Positions 15,001 to 21,131 are shown, counted from the stretch's first letter. The stretch is DNA of 64,000 bases from Escherichia coli (GCF_050320075.1 NZ_CP190018.1), one strand, 5' to 3'. Made by a program: numbers and translations. Notes: generated by a model from the sequence alone, not told the origin.

Positions 15001-16911
15001 CATCGCGGCGGCAGGTACCGTCAGACTCCAGGAGCCATCAGCCTGCACGGTAGTGGTAAAACTCTGTCCAGCCAGGGTTACTGTGACGGTTTGTCCTGTC
15101 TCGGCCTGTTGAGTGCTACCGGTAAGGGTCAGTGGCGCACCTTTTTCTGCGCCACTGATAATGTCATCGCCGGAGACGGTGTTAATGGTGATTAACGGAG
15201 AAACACCGACCAGCGTGATTGCTCGAGACGCCGCGCCGGTATTTCCTGCAGTATCTGTCACGGTGACGAAAATCGTATTGGCTCCGCGATCCAGCGTGCG
15301 GGTTACCGCTGGGTCCAGCGCCACATTCCAGCTGCCATCTGCCAGCACAATGCCCGTCAGGACATGAGTGCCCAATTTCACCGTTACCGTATCGCCAGGA
15401 GAAGCACCGCTGACTTGTCCGGAGATGATCTGCGCGACGGCCTGCTCAGCATTATTAAGAATATCGTCGCCCGCTACGGTATTAACACTGACCACGGGTG
15501 CTGAGGTATCTACCGTGAAATTCGCGCTGTGGCTGGTGCTGTTCCCTGCCCGATCGCTGACACTGGCATTGACAGCGTAATTACCCTCCGCCAGCGCCTG
15601 GACTTCCGTGGCAGGCAGCGTCACTTGCCAGGTTCCGTCGCTACCGACGGTTGCTGTATGGCTTTTCCCGTTGACGGTCAGTGTTACGGTTTGCCCCGCT
15701 TCTGCATTCGACGTGCCGCTCAGTACCAGCGCGACGTTATGTTCCGCAGCACTGATGATGTTGTCCTGAGCGATGGTGTTGATGGCAAGCGTTGGCGGTT
15801 GGGTATCGACCGTTAGCAGTTGCACGCCGGTGACGGTATTGCCTGTGGCGTCTTTCCCGCTGACCAGCACTGCCTGATTCCCTTCGCCTAACGCCTGCGC
15901 ATCGGCGGTCGGTACCTGCACGCTCCAGGCACCGTTAGCGCCTACGCTGGTGGTGTAGGTTTTGCCGTTTAGCGTAACGGTGAGTTCTGTTCCCTGTGCC
16001 AGATGACTACTGGTGCCAGAAAGCGTAAACCCGGCGGCCTGTTCGCTGGCGTTAATAATGTTATCGCCTGCGGTGGTGGCAACCTGCACGCTGGCCTGAC
16101 TATTGTCGATGGTTAACGTTATCGAACCGGCGTCAGTGATGGTACTGCCGACGATTTGCACCACTGACCAGGTATGTTCGCCCGCGCTTTGCGTGGGCAA
16201 ATCGACGCTCCAGCGTCCATCGCTACCGACCTGAGTACTGGCGATGGTGTCACCATTGCTGTCTTTAATCTGGATGGTCGCCCCCGCCTGCCCGCTGCCG
16301 CTAAAGGTTGGCGTAGTGTCATCGGTGGTATCGTTGGCGGAAAGAATACCGCGTTGATCGCCCTGATTATCGGTTACCAAAAACGATGGCGTGGCGTTGC
16401 CGGGTTCGGCTGGCGGTGGGTTGTTAACCACTTCAGTTTTTGAGTCATCATCGCCACCGCTTGCCAGTAAAGCGCCAAGCGCGCCGCCACCTACCGCCGC
16501 CCCCGCCAGCCATCCCCACGGGAAAGCCGTCGTCTGGCCGACGATATCAAGGTACGGCGCAATGCTTTCAATTGCGGTGGTCTGAGCGGTCAGCTCCACG
16601 GGCGCTAATCCACCTGCCGCGGTATCGGCAAATGTTACGTGGGTCAGTTGTTGACCATCGACAAACACCAGTTCGGATTGTTCGCTGGTATTTGCCGCTT
16701 GCAGGAAATAACCGTTGCAGCGGATCACCGTGCCGTCCTGCATATAGATCAACAAGTCATTTCCGTCACGAACATAACGCGCAACGGCAGATGCCTGAGC
16801 ATGAACCTGCACCACAGAGGGCTCATAAATGACAACCGTAACGTCGCCAGGATTGATCAGCGTTTGTTTGACGGATGTTTTTCGCGAAATAACATCAATA
16901 ATCAGGCTCAT
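1..16911 (-). CDS. Giant repetitive surface adhesin, probable type I secretion substrate (BapA/LapA-like, Ig-like tandem repeats); 5' end in window, 3' end beyond window start (partial, 5,637 codons in window)
   Basis: ATG at 16911-16909 with AGGAA about 8 nt upstream and an in-frame TAA 11 codons further upstream. Window positions 1-3 are in frame, and no minus-strand ORF ending inside 1-16911 is reported in this frame. My translation of the first ~600 codons gives an N-terminal module (MSLIIDVISRK...), a hydrophobic Gly/Ala stretch, then repeated ~100-aa units of the type VDTxxPxxxINTxAGDxIxxAxE...G.TVTxTLNG...DG.W. Plus-strand ORFs across the region are short low-complexity antisense shadows. 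Confidence 0.8.
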   Translation of the reverse strand, partial: MSLIIDVISRKTSVKQTLINPGDVTVVIYEPSVVQVHAQASAVARYVRDGNDLLIYMQDGTVIRCNGYFLQAANTSEQSELVFVDGQQLTHVTFADTAAGGLAPVELTAQTTAIESIAPYLDIVGQTTAFPWGWLAGAAVGGGALGALLASGGDDDSKTEVVNNPPPAEPGNATPSFLVTDNQGDQRGILSANDTTDDTTPTFSGSGQAGATIQIKDSNGDTIASTQVGSDGRWSVDLPTQSAGEHTWSVVQIVGSTITDAGSITLTIDNSQASVQVATTAGDNIINASEQAAGFTLSGTSSHLAQGTELTVTLNGKTYTTSVGANGAWSVQVPTADAQALGEGNQAVLVSGKDATGNTVTGVQLLTVDTQPPTLAINTIAQDNIISAAEHNVALVLSGTSNAEAGQTVTLTVNGKSHTATVGSDGTWQVTLPATEVQALAEGNYAVNASVSDRAGNSTSHSANFTVDTSAPVVSVNTVAGDDILNNAEQAVAQIISGQVSGASPGDTVTVKLGTHVLTGIVLADGSWNVALDPAVTRTLDRGANTIFVTVTDTAGNTGAASRAITLVGVSPLITINTVSGDDIISGAEKGAPLTLTGSTQQAETGQTVTVTLAGQSFTTTVQADGSWSLTVPAAAMGNLPDGAVAITASVTDLSGNTGNTSRTITVDSQAPALSIDPLTADNIINAAESGQDLPITGTTDAQPGQTVTVTLNGQTYQGVVQPDGTWSVTVPAANVGALADGNATVTASVNDIAGNPTSVSRVALVDATPPVVTINPVATDNVINTPEHTQAQIISGTVTGAQAGDIVTVTLNNVDYTTVVDGSGNWSLGVPASVVSGLVDGSYPINVSVTDRAGNTGSQSLTVTVNTAAPLIGINSIAGDDVINASEKGADLQITGTSDQPVNTAITVTLNGQNYTTTTDASGNWSVTVPASAVTALGQANYTVTAAVTSNIGNSNTASHNVLVDSALPGVTINPVATDDIINAAEAGVAQTISGQVTGAEDGDTVTITLGGNTYTATVGSNFTWSVSVPAADIQALGNGDLTVSASVTNQNGNTGSGTRDITIDANLPGLRVDTVAGDDVVNIIEHGQALVVTGSSSGLAEGTPLTVTINNVEYTTAVQADGSWSVGVTAAQVSTWPAGTVNIAVSGESSAGNSVSITHPVTVDLTPAAIAINTIATDDVINAAEKGADLTLSGTTTNVEPGQTVTVTFGGKNYTASVASDGSWTATLPAADLTALPEGSASAQASVSNINGNSASAVHNYSVDSSAPTIIINTVASDNIVNASEADAGVTVSGSTTAEAGQIVTVTLNSPTVQTYQATVQADGSWSINIPAADLEALTDGSHTLTATVNDKAGNPASTTHNLAVDLTVPVLTINTIAGDDIINAAEHGQALVISGSSTGGEAGDVVTVTLNSKTYTTTLDASGNWSVGVPAADVTALGSGPQTVMATVTDAAGNSDSETHTVTVNLTAPTIGINTIATDDIINATEKGADLQISGTSNQPAGTTITVTLNGQNYTATTDASGNWSTTVPASAVGALGEASYTVTANVTDSAGNSNSASHNVQVNTALPGVTINPVASDDIINAAESGVAQTISGQVTGATAGDTVTVTLGGKTYTATVQGNLSWSVDVPAADIQAIGNGDLTVNASVTNGVGNTGSGSRDITIDANLPGLRVDTVAGDDVVNSIEHGQALVITGSSSGLAAGAALTVVINNVTYGATVLADGTWSLGVPAADVGNWPAGTVNITVSGTNTAGTTTTITHPVTVDLAAVAISINTVSGDDVINAAEKSADLTLSGSTSGVEAGQTVTVTFGGKTYTATVAGDGSWTTTVPAADLSALRDGDATVQASVSTINGNTASATHAYSVDATAPTLAINTIATDDILNAAEAGNPLTISGSSNAEAGQTVTVTLNGVTYTGTVQADGSWSVSVPTADLSNLTASPYTVSASVNDKAGNPATATHGLAVDLTVPVLTINTVSGDDIINAAEHGQALVISGSSTGGEAGDVITVTLNSKTYTTTLDASGNWSVGVPAADVTALGSGPQTITATITDIAGNSDDASRTVTVNLTAPTIGINTIASDDVINATEKSADLQITGTSNQPAGTTITVTLNGQNYTATTDSSGNWSATVPASAVSALGEASYTVTANVTDSAGNSNSASHNVLVNSALPAVTINAVATDDIINAAESGNAQTISGQVTGAAAGDTVTVTLGGNTYTATVQANLSWSVSVPAADIQAIGNGSLTVNASVTNVVGNTGNGSRDITIDANLPGLRVDTVAGDDVINSIEHNQALVITGSSSGLTAGTALTVEINNVTYGATVLADGTWSLGIPAADVSNWPAGTVDITVSGTNSAGTTSTITHPVTVDLAGVAITINTLSGDDVINAVEKGETLVVSGSTSGVEAGQTVTVTFGGKNYTTTVESNGSWTVNVPPADLAALPDGAGNVQASVSNINGNSAQADRAYSVDATAPLVTINTIASDDILNVSEAGAGITISGTTTAQVGQTLTVTLNNNTYQTTVQADGTWSVNVPATDLSGLTASSYTVTATVSDKAGNPASADHALAVDVTAPDLTINTVAGDDIINAIEHGQALVVSGTSTGAAAGDVVTVTLNGKNYTTTLDASGNWTVGIPAADVTALATGSQTITASLSDRAGNSDSTTHNVTVDLSGPTLTISTVSDDDIINSTEKTQDLTISGGSSGLATGTTVTVMLNGLAYSATTDSSGNWSVTVPASAVGALGEAVYQISASATDSAGNNGSTTHTVNVESLLPGVIINTVAGDDIINAAEIAVAQTISGQVTGTAVAGNTVIVTIGGNQYTATVQPDLSWSVSVPANVLQALGNGELTISASVTNSANNTGTATHDIVIDANLPGLRVDTVAGDDVINSIEHTQALVITGSGSGLAAGAALTVVINSVTYGATVLADGTWSVGVPAADVTNWPAGTVNIAVSGTNTAGTTTSISHPVTVDLAAVAITINTLSTDDVINAAEKGSDLQLSGTTSDVEAGQTITVIFGGKSYTTTVAAGGTWGLTIPAADLATLPDGAANVQASVSNVAGNSAQATHAYSVDATAPSVTINTIASDDILNAAEAGSALTISGTSTAEAGQTVTVTLNGVNYSGNVQADGSWSVSVPTGDLANLTASPYTVSAAVSDKAGNPASATHNLTVDLAAPVVTINTVAGDDIINATEHAQAQIISGSATGATTGNTVSVTIGTTTYTTVLDANGNWSIGVPASVISALAQGDVTITATVTDSAGNSGTASHTVTVALGAPVLAINTIAVDDIINATEKGADLAISGSSNQPAGTQITVTLNGQNYTTTADASGNWSVTVPASRVSALGEATYTVTAAATDSDGNSGSASHNVQVNTALPGVTINVVATDDIINAAEAGVDQTISGQVTGATAGDTVTVTLGGATYTATVQANLSWSVDVPAAALQALGNGELTISASVTNSVGNTGNGTREITIDANLPGLRVDTVAGDDVVNIIEHGQALVITGSSSGLATDSNVTLTINGQTYVAAVLADGSWSVGVPAADVSAWPAGTVTITASGSTTAGNPVSVTHPVTVDLTAVAVSINAITADDVINAAEKGAALTLSGSTSGVEAGQTVTVTFGGKTYTASVAANGSWSTSVPAADMAALRNGDASAQASVSNVNGNNATTTHAYSVDASVPTVTINTIAGDDILNAAEAGAALTITGSSTAEAGQTVTVTLNGANYTGTVQTDGSWSISVPPADLSALTASNYTVSAAVSDKAGNPASVNHNLTVDTSVPVVTINTVAGDDVINATEHAQAQIISGSATGAATGSTVTVTIGTNTFTTVLDASGNWSVGVPASVVSALANGTVTINASVTDAAGNSGSATHQVTVNTGLPSITFNAISGDNVLNADEKGQPLTISGSSTGLATGAQVTVTLNGHNYSATTDAAGNWTLTVPVSDLAALGQANYIVSASATSAAGNTASSQANLLVDSGLPGVTINTVAGDDIINAAEAGAAQTISGVVTRAAAGDTVTVTLGGNTYTAQVQADLSWSVSVPAADLQALGNGDLTITASVTNANGNTGSGTRDITIDANLPGLRVDTVAGDDIVNSIEHGQALVITGGSSGLNAGVPLTITINGTAYSATVQADGSWSVGIPAANVSAWPAGALTVEVDGQSSAGNPVGVSHPFTVDLTAVAISISTVASDDVINAAEKGTNLTLSGSTSGIESGQTVTVTFGGKTYTASVAANGSWSVNVPAADLAILPDGAANVQASVSSASGNSASATHAYSVDASAPTLTINTIASDDILNATEAGSPLIISGTSTAETGQTVTVTLNGATYSGNVQADGSWSVSVPPSALGALSASNYTVSATVNDKAGNPGSASHNLAVDTTAPVLTINTVVGDDIINDAEHAQALVISGTSTGGEAGDVVSVVLNGKTYTTTLDASGNWSVGVPAADVAALGSGAQTITASVSDRAGNSDDASRTVTVSLTAPVISINTIAGDDVINATEKGSDLALSGISDQPAGTAITVTLNGQNYSATTDSSGNWSVTVPASAVSALGEASYSVTASVTNAQGNSSTASHNVQVNTALPGVTINPVTTDDIINAAEAGSAQTISGQVTGAAAGSTVTVELGGKTYTATVQADLSWNVSVPAADWQALGNGELTVNASVTNAVGNTGSGTRDITIDASLPGLRVDTVAGDDVVNIIEHSQAQVITGSSSGFAAGTALTVVINNQTYAATVLANGSWSVGVPATDVSNWPAGTLNITVSGANSAGTQTSITHPLTVDLTTVAVSINSITSDDVINAAEKGAALTLSGSTSGVEAGQTVTITFGGKTYTTTVAANGSWSTTVPAVDMATLRDGDASAQVRVTNVNGNSATATHEYSVDSAAPTVTINTIASDNIINASEAAAGVTVSGTSTAETGQTLTVTLNGTNYQTTVQADGSWSLTLPASDLTALANNGYTLTASVSDLAGNPGSASKGVTVDTTAPVISFNTVAGDDVINNVEHTQAQIISGTATGAVAGDRLVVTIAGQQYVTSTDASGNWSVGVPASVISGLADGTVTISATITDSAGNSSTQTHNVQVNTAAVSLSVSTISGDNIINAAEAGSALTLSGTGTNFAAGTVVTVLLNGKGYSATIQSNGSWSVNVPAADVAALSDGTSYTVSASAQDSAGNSATASRSVAVDLTAPVISINTVSTDDRLNAAEQQQPLTLNGSTSAEVGQTVTVTFGGKTYTATVAANGTWALNVPAADLAALGQGAQTITASVNDRAGNPGQTTHALTVDTVAPTVTIATVAGDDIINNAEQLAGQTISGTTTAEVGQTVTVTFNGQSWTATVGSGGSWSVFIPAQQFAGLSDGSYTISATVSDQAGNPGSASRGVTLNGDVPSVTINTFAGDDVVNAAEHGSSLVISGTTTAPVGQTLTLTLNGKTYTTTVQTGGSWSYTLGSVDVTALADGNAYVINASVSNAIGNTGSSNHTITVDLSAPAMGINIDSLQADTGLSSSDFITSVSPVVVNGSLTAALASNETAQISIDGGVTWTTLTVTGTTWRYNDSRTLTDGSYLYQVRVIDAAGNVGATDSQNVVIDTIAPDPAVKTIAINAITTDTGLITNDFVTSDTTLAVSGTLGAALSSGEFAQISIDGGTTWQNLSVSGLTWTYLDG
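300..16200 (-). repeat. Intragenic tandem repeat array: ~300-bp (about 100-aa) Ig-like units organised in ~1.8-kb super-repeats
   Basis: Recurring motifs at regular spacing: ctccagcttaaat near 3050, 4850, 6645, 8440, 10240, 12040 (and a variant near 13840); gttttgccgccaaaggtgacggtgac-like near 1291, 2489, 4276, 6076, 7871, 9671, 11471, 13271. Antisense shadow ORFs (MPPKVTVTVCP...) recur at 2489, 6080, 7874, 9674. Array bounds are approximate. Confidence 0.8.
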
Positions 16912-17019
16912 AATGGCATTCCTGATAAATGGCGCACATCCTTAGCGAGTCCATTTATCTAAATAAGACAAAGGTAATCACTCAACAACGATGCATACCT
17001 GATATTAATAATGGCAGGA

Positions 17020-18375
17020 TTATTTCAAGTCGGGTAAGTCGTTGTATAAGCCCTGTTTAATTCCCGCTAATGGAATAAGGTTATTAACCGCAGCGGCATA
17101 ATTCACTGCGGCGACCCAGCCATCATAATTGGCATTTATTTCAGCCGATTGCGCCTGAAAGACATCTTGCTCGACGGTTAATAGATCATTCAGGCTGCGT
17201 TTACCCAATTTATATTCATTTTGGTAGACATCTCGCGTTCTGTGCGCACTTTCAGATTGCGCTAACCCAGCCTCTTCACGACCCCGTGCGCCTGTCCAGT
17301 TGGCATATGCCACAGACGCTCGTTGCAGCACATCCAGTTTTGCCTGTTCGACCTGCGAGGCAGAGATTTTTTGTTGCCCTTCAGCCTGTTGCACCTGGGC
17401 AGAAACCGCGCCGCCCTGATACAGCGGCGCGTTAACGTTCAGTTGTAGCTGATCATCCCAATACGAGCGGTCGCTGGTCTGGTAGCGCGTTTTGCCCCCC
17501 TGAATACTCAGCGTTGGCCAGTATTGCGCTTTCGTTTTTTCCACGCCGTACTGTGCTGACTGGCGTAAGTTTTCTGCCGCCAGCACCAGCGGGATGGACT
17601 GGTAATCAATATTTTTCAGCGATACCGGCTGCTCGGCTAATTCAGCAGGTGGCGCGGCTATCGCCTCCGGCTGTACGCCAGTGAGCACCGCCAGTTGCGC
17701 TTTGGCGCTTGCCATCTGCGCCTGATATTGCTCCAGCGTTGAGCGCATTCCGGCAATGCGCGTCTGGGCCTGTAATTCATCCGACGACGAGTTCAGGCCA
17801 GCGTTAGCACGCAATGCTGCCATGTTGTAGACGTTTTCCAGCGAGTGAATATTGCGTTGAGCCGCATCGCACAAAGCCTGATAACGACTGACTTCCATAT
17901 AGGCAGTCGCCGTTTTCTCTGCAACATCGGTTAAGGTTGCCATCAATTTAAAGCGGTAGCTGTCACGGGCGGCAGTTTGCAGTTTGATATCGTTGTTAGT
18001 TTTACCAAAGTCATACACCAGCTGTGTCAGGGTTATGCCATACGAAACGTTGTTATCAAGCCTGCCACTGGAGTCCGTTTGTCGGGACGGTCCCGCATTG
18101 CCGGTTAATCCAACGTGCGGATACCAGGCACTTTTGGCTTCATCAATTTGCGCTTCGCCAATACCTATCTGCGCCGCCTGTTGAGTGACGTCGGGATTTC
18201 GCGCAAAGGCGCGTAATATACTTTCCTGTAAAGATAATTGGGCAACTGGCGTTACCGCTGGGGCGTTCGCCCATTGTGGCAGCGGTGCAGCAATTGTAGC
18301 TTCTCCCATCACCATAAAACTTATTAAAAAAATAAACCCATTATTTTTACGGCTTTTAAACTGGAATCGCGCCAT
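17020..18375 (-). CDS. TolC-family outer-membrane efflux/secretion protein (probable T1SS outer-membrane factor)
   Basis: 451-aa ORF with N-terminal signal-peptide-like segment (MARFQFKSRKNNGFIFLISFMVMGEATIA) and coiled-coil-rich Q/A/L composition typical of outer-membrane factor proteins; AGGAAG about 10 nt upstream; same strand and 108 bp upstream of the giant adhesin start. Confidence 0.7.
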   Translation of the reverse strand: MARFQFKSRKNNGFIFLISFMVMGEATIAAPLPQWANAPAVTPVAQLSLQESILRAFARNPDVTQQAAQIGIGEAQIDEAKSAWYPHVGLTGNAGPSRQTDSSGRLDNNVSYGITLTQLVYDFGKTNNDIKLQTAARDSYRFKLMATLTDVAEKTATAYMEVSRYQALCDAAQRNIHSLENVYNMAALRANAGLNSSSDELQAQTRIAGMRSTLEQYQAQMASAKAQLAVLTGVQPEAIAAPPAELAEQPVSLKNIDYQSIPLVLAAENLRQSAQYGVEKTKAQYWPTLSIQGGKTRYQTSDRSYWDDQLQLNVNAPLYQGGAVSAQVQQAEGQQKISASQVEQAKLDVLQRASVAYANWTGARGREEAGLAQSESAHRTRDVYQNEYKLGKRSLNDLLTVEQDVFQAQSAEINANYDGWVAAVNYAAAVNNLIPLAGIKQGLYNDLPDLK

Positions 18376-18680
18376 AGATAAGTCACTTCCTTCCAGGTCA
18401 TTATTTTAACTGGTTTTTATAACTAGTCTCATTTTATTAAGAAGGGTAATAACTTGTGCATCTCTTTTGTCGATCATTGATATTGGCAAAGAAATGCAGC
18501 TAAAAAGCTTATACGTTATTTATTTAGAATACACTACGACTTTTAGATTACCATCATACACATTAAGAATAATCCACGGCAATAAGTGATTAGCATCACA
18601 GATTTATCGCGTATATATCATTTTTTTGTGACTTATTTATTAAAGGAATAAGAAAGGTAATTTGAATTAAAGACAAAGGC

Positions 18681-18703
18681 GCAGTACAGGCTGTACTGCG
18701 CAC
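18681..18703 (-). terminator. Probable rho-independent terminator downstream of ybaT
   Basis: Perfect hairpin gcgcagtaca-ggc-tgtactgcgc followed on the minus strand by a T-rich run (CTTTGTCTTTAATT). Confidence 0.5.
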
Positions 18704-18712
18704 AGAGAGGTG

Positions 18713-20005
18713 TTATACGGTTTTATTGCGCTTCATGACCATTGCCACAATAAGGCTGAGTAAGATTGCACCAATAATCCATATCAACGCACGGCTGCCC
18801 TGGGACCACAGGCTGTAGATAAAGCCAATGATCACCAACAACATCACCAACGTACCAACGATAAGAATCGGCAACAAGGCGTGAATATCATGACGCAGGC
18901 GGATCGCCACCACAAACACCGCCAGATAGCAGATCAAAAAGGTGGCGCTGGCAACGCTGGCGAGTGAGCCTAAATTCAGCGCCGCCGTCATCAGCATAAT
19001 CAGCACCACGACAATGATGTTGCCCCAGGTACTCTGCCGCCACAGGGATTTATTCATTAGCTTCGGCAGTTCGCGTTCGCTGCCCATGTTGTCCATGATG
19101 TTAAACACGGCGAACAGGTTCGCGTTGATGGCTGAAGCCGTCGCCAGTAAAGCGCCGATGACGACGATCACATAACCCACATGCCCGAGCAGCGGAGAAG
19201 CTGCCTGCGCTACGGCGGTATCGGCATATTTTTCTAACTCTAAAGCCGATACATCGCTAAGCAAAACCAGCGCCAGCGAGATATAAAGCAACGTGGTAAC
19301 GCCAATCGCCACCAGAAACGCCCGTGGCATAATGACCTGCGGATCTTTCACTTTATCCGCCGCGTTCGCCATCATGCCAAAGCCCGCATAGGCAAGGAAG
19401 GTTATCCCGATACAGGAGAAGAACGCACCGGAGCTGGGGGGCGCAGAGACAGAAATATGCGCCGGTTGCAGCGACCAGACACCGGCAATAATCAGCAATA
19501 ACAGGATCATCATTTTAATGCCGACGAGGATCACTTCCAGCCGCCCTACCGCATGGTTGCTTAAGGAGTTGAAAAGCGTCATCACCGCAATGATCCCCAA
19601 CGCGTAGAGCAATATAAGGTGCTCCTCCTGGCTGCCTTCATGCAAAAACTGCACGGCATAAGCGCCAAAAGCACGGGCGACCATGGCGATGCTCACCGCC
19701 AGCGTCAACAGGTACAGTAACGAGAGCGCCAGCGAAAAGACGCCGTTGCCTAATCCGCGACGAAAGAAGTCGATAATACCGCCATTGCTGGGATAGCTCG
19801 CCCCCAGGCGCGCATAGGCATAACCGGAAAACATCGCCACAATACCGCCAAATGCAAAGGCGACCCAGGTCGAGGCTTCCATTAGCAACGCAGCCTGCCC
19901 CAGCAGCGCGAAGATCCCCGCCCCCACCATTGCCCCAATACCGATGGAAACGACGTTCCATAGACCGAGGGGTTTGTTACCGTTATTACCTTCCGTGTTC
20001 ATCAT
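18713..20005 (-). CDS. ybaT: APC-family amino acid permease YbaT
   Basis: 430-aa polytopic membrane protein ORF; start codon 2 nt from the glsA stop (operon with glsA). Confidence 0.9.
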   Translation of the reverse strand: MMNTEGNNGNKPLGLWNVVSIGIGAMVGAGIFALLGQAALLMEASTWVAFAFGGIVAMFSGYAYARLGASYPSNGGIIDFFRRGLGNGVFSLALSLLYLLTLAVSIAMVARAFGAYAVQFLHEGSQEEHLILLYALGIIAVMTLFNSLSNHAVGRLEVILVGIKMMILLLLIIAGVWSLQPAHISVSAPPSSGAFFSCIGITFLAYAGFGMMANAADKVKDPQVIMPRAFLVAIGVTTLLYISLALVLLSDVSALELEKYADTAVAQAASPLLGHVGYVIVVIGALLATASAINANLFAVFNIMDNMGSERELPKLMNKSLWRQSTWGNIIVVVLIMLMTAALNLGSLASVASATFLICYLAVFVVAIRLRHDIHALLPILIVGTLVMLLVIIGFIYSLWSQGSRALIWIIGAILLSLIVAMVMKRNKTV

Positions 20006-20007
20006 GA

Positions 20008-20940
20008 TCAGCCCTTAAACACGTTATAGCCGAGTTGCTTAGCGACCGATGCCACCATTTTTTGACCGCGAACACTGTTGCCTTCTTCGTCCAGCGGTGG
20101 TGAGAACGCGGCAATTCCCATCACGCCAGGGACGACCGCCAGAATACCGCCACCTACACCGCTTTTGCCCGGTAAACCAACGCGATACGCCCAGTCACCG
20201 GAGCGACCATACAGCCCTTCCATCATCATTTCAGCCAGAATGTACGGCACGTTGTCGGCCTGAAGAACGCGCTTATGAGTCAGCGGATTCACACCACCCG
20301 CCGCCAGCGTCGCGCCAAGCGTTGCCAGTTCAACAGTATTGATGAGCGTGGAGCACTGACGGGTGTACACGTCACAGGCTTCCATTGCATCACAATAGAG
20401 ATATCCGGCGGAGTACAGCAGCCAGGCAATGGCCCGGTTATGGAAGTTGGTTGTTTGTTCCGACTGGTTGACTTCGTCAGAGAGCGCTACCTGCTCACCA
20501 GCCAGTTGTTGTTGGATATGTAAAATTCGCTGCCAGCGTTGTTCGGCATTTTCAGCGTTAATCAGGCTGGTGGTGGCAATAGCGCCAGCATTTACCAGTG
20601 GCGACAGCGGTTTGCCGCCATGCAACTCTAAGGCGATAACTGAGTTAAAGGGCAATCCGGTCGGGTCAGCGCCAACTTTGTCCTGTACCGCCTGCGGGCC
20701 GACATCTTCTAACGCAAGGGCTAACGTACAGACTTTCGAGATGGATTCCAGCGCAAAACGGTAATCACTATCACCCGCGCGATAGATGTTGCCATCGCAG
20801 GTCACAATAGCCACTGCTGCCAGTTGACCAGGTACATTCGCCAGAAAGGGAATGTAGTCGGCATTTTGTCCGCCGTTAAGTGAGTGAAATTGGGTGTAAG
20901 CCTGATCCACTGCCTGCTGTAATTTGTTTGCATCTAACAT
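20008..20940 (-). CDS. glsA: Glutaminase 1
   Basis: 310-aa ORF, serine-dependent glutaminase family; sits upstream of ybaT on the same strand. Confidence 0.9.
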   Translation of the reverse strand: MLDANKLQQAVDQAYTQFHSLNGGQNADYIPFLANVPGQLAAVAIVTCDGNIYRAGDSDYRFALESISKVCTLALALEDVGPQAVQDKVGADPTGLPFNSVIALELHGGKPLSPLVNAGAIATTSLINAENAEQRWQRILHIQQQLAGEQVALSDEVNQSEQTTNFHNRAIAWLLYSAGYLYCDAMEACDVYTRQCSTLINTVELATLGATLAAGGVNPLTHKRVLQADNVPYILAEMMMEGLYGRSGDWAYRVGLPGKSGVGGGILAVVPGVMGIAAFSPPLDEEGNSVRGQKMVASVAKQLGYNVFKG

Positions 20941-21131
20941 CTTTTGTTAACTCCTTTTTATAGATGCGGGAGGTAATTCCTCACCCCGGTGCCGATTTTC
21001 AGGCATCCTGATTTAACTTAGCACCCGCAACTTAACTACAGGAAAACAAAGAGATAAATGTCTAATCCTGATGCAAATCGAGCCGATTTTTTAATCTTTA
21101 CGGACTTTTACCCGCCTGGTTTATTAATTTC

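Noticed and set aside
1-16000. CRISPR array as an explanation for the periodic repeats
   Set aside because: The repeat units are about 300 bp with about 1.8-kb super-periods, they are in-frame coding sequence, and there are no short direct repeats separated by unique spacers.
50-16900. Dozens of plus-strand ORFs of 60-280 aa across the repeat region (for example 3247-3924, 7732-8445, 8470-9306)
   Set aside because: They are antisense or shifted-frame shadows of the giant minus-strand gene. Their translations are repetitive low-complexity strings (MPPKVTVTVCP..., Arg/Gly/Ala-rich) recurring with the same 1.8-kb period as the sense repeats.
1-16911. Calling the giant protein an RTX toxin or RTX exoprotein
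   Set aside because: In the parts I translated I saw Ig-like adhesin repeats but no clear GGxGxD nonapeptide arrays, and the C-terminal region where RTX repeats and the secretion signal would sit is outside the window. Only the generic 'T1SS-type repetitive adhesin' call is supportable.
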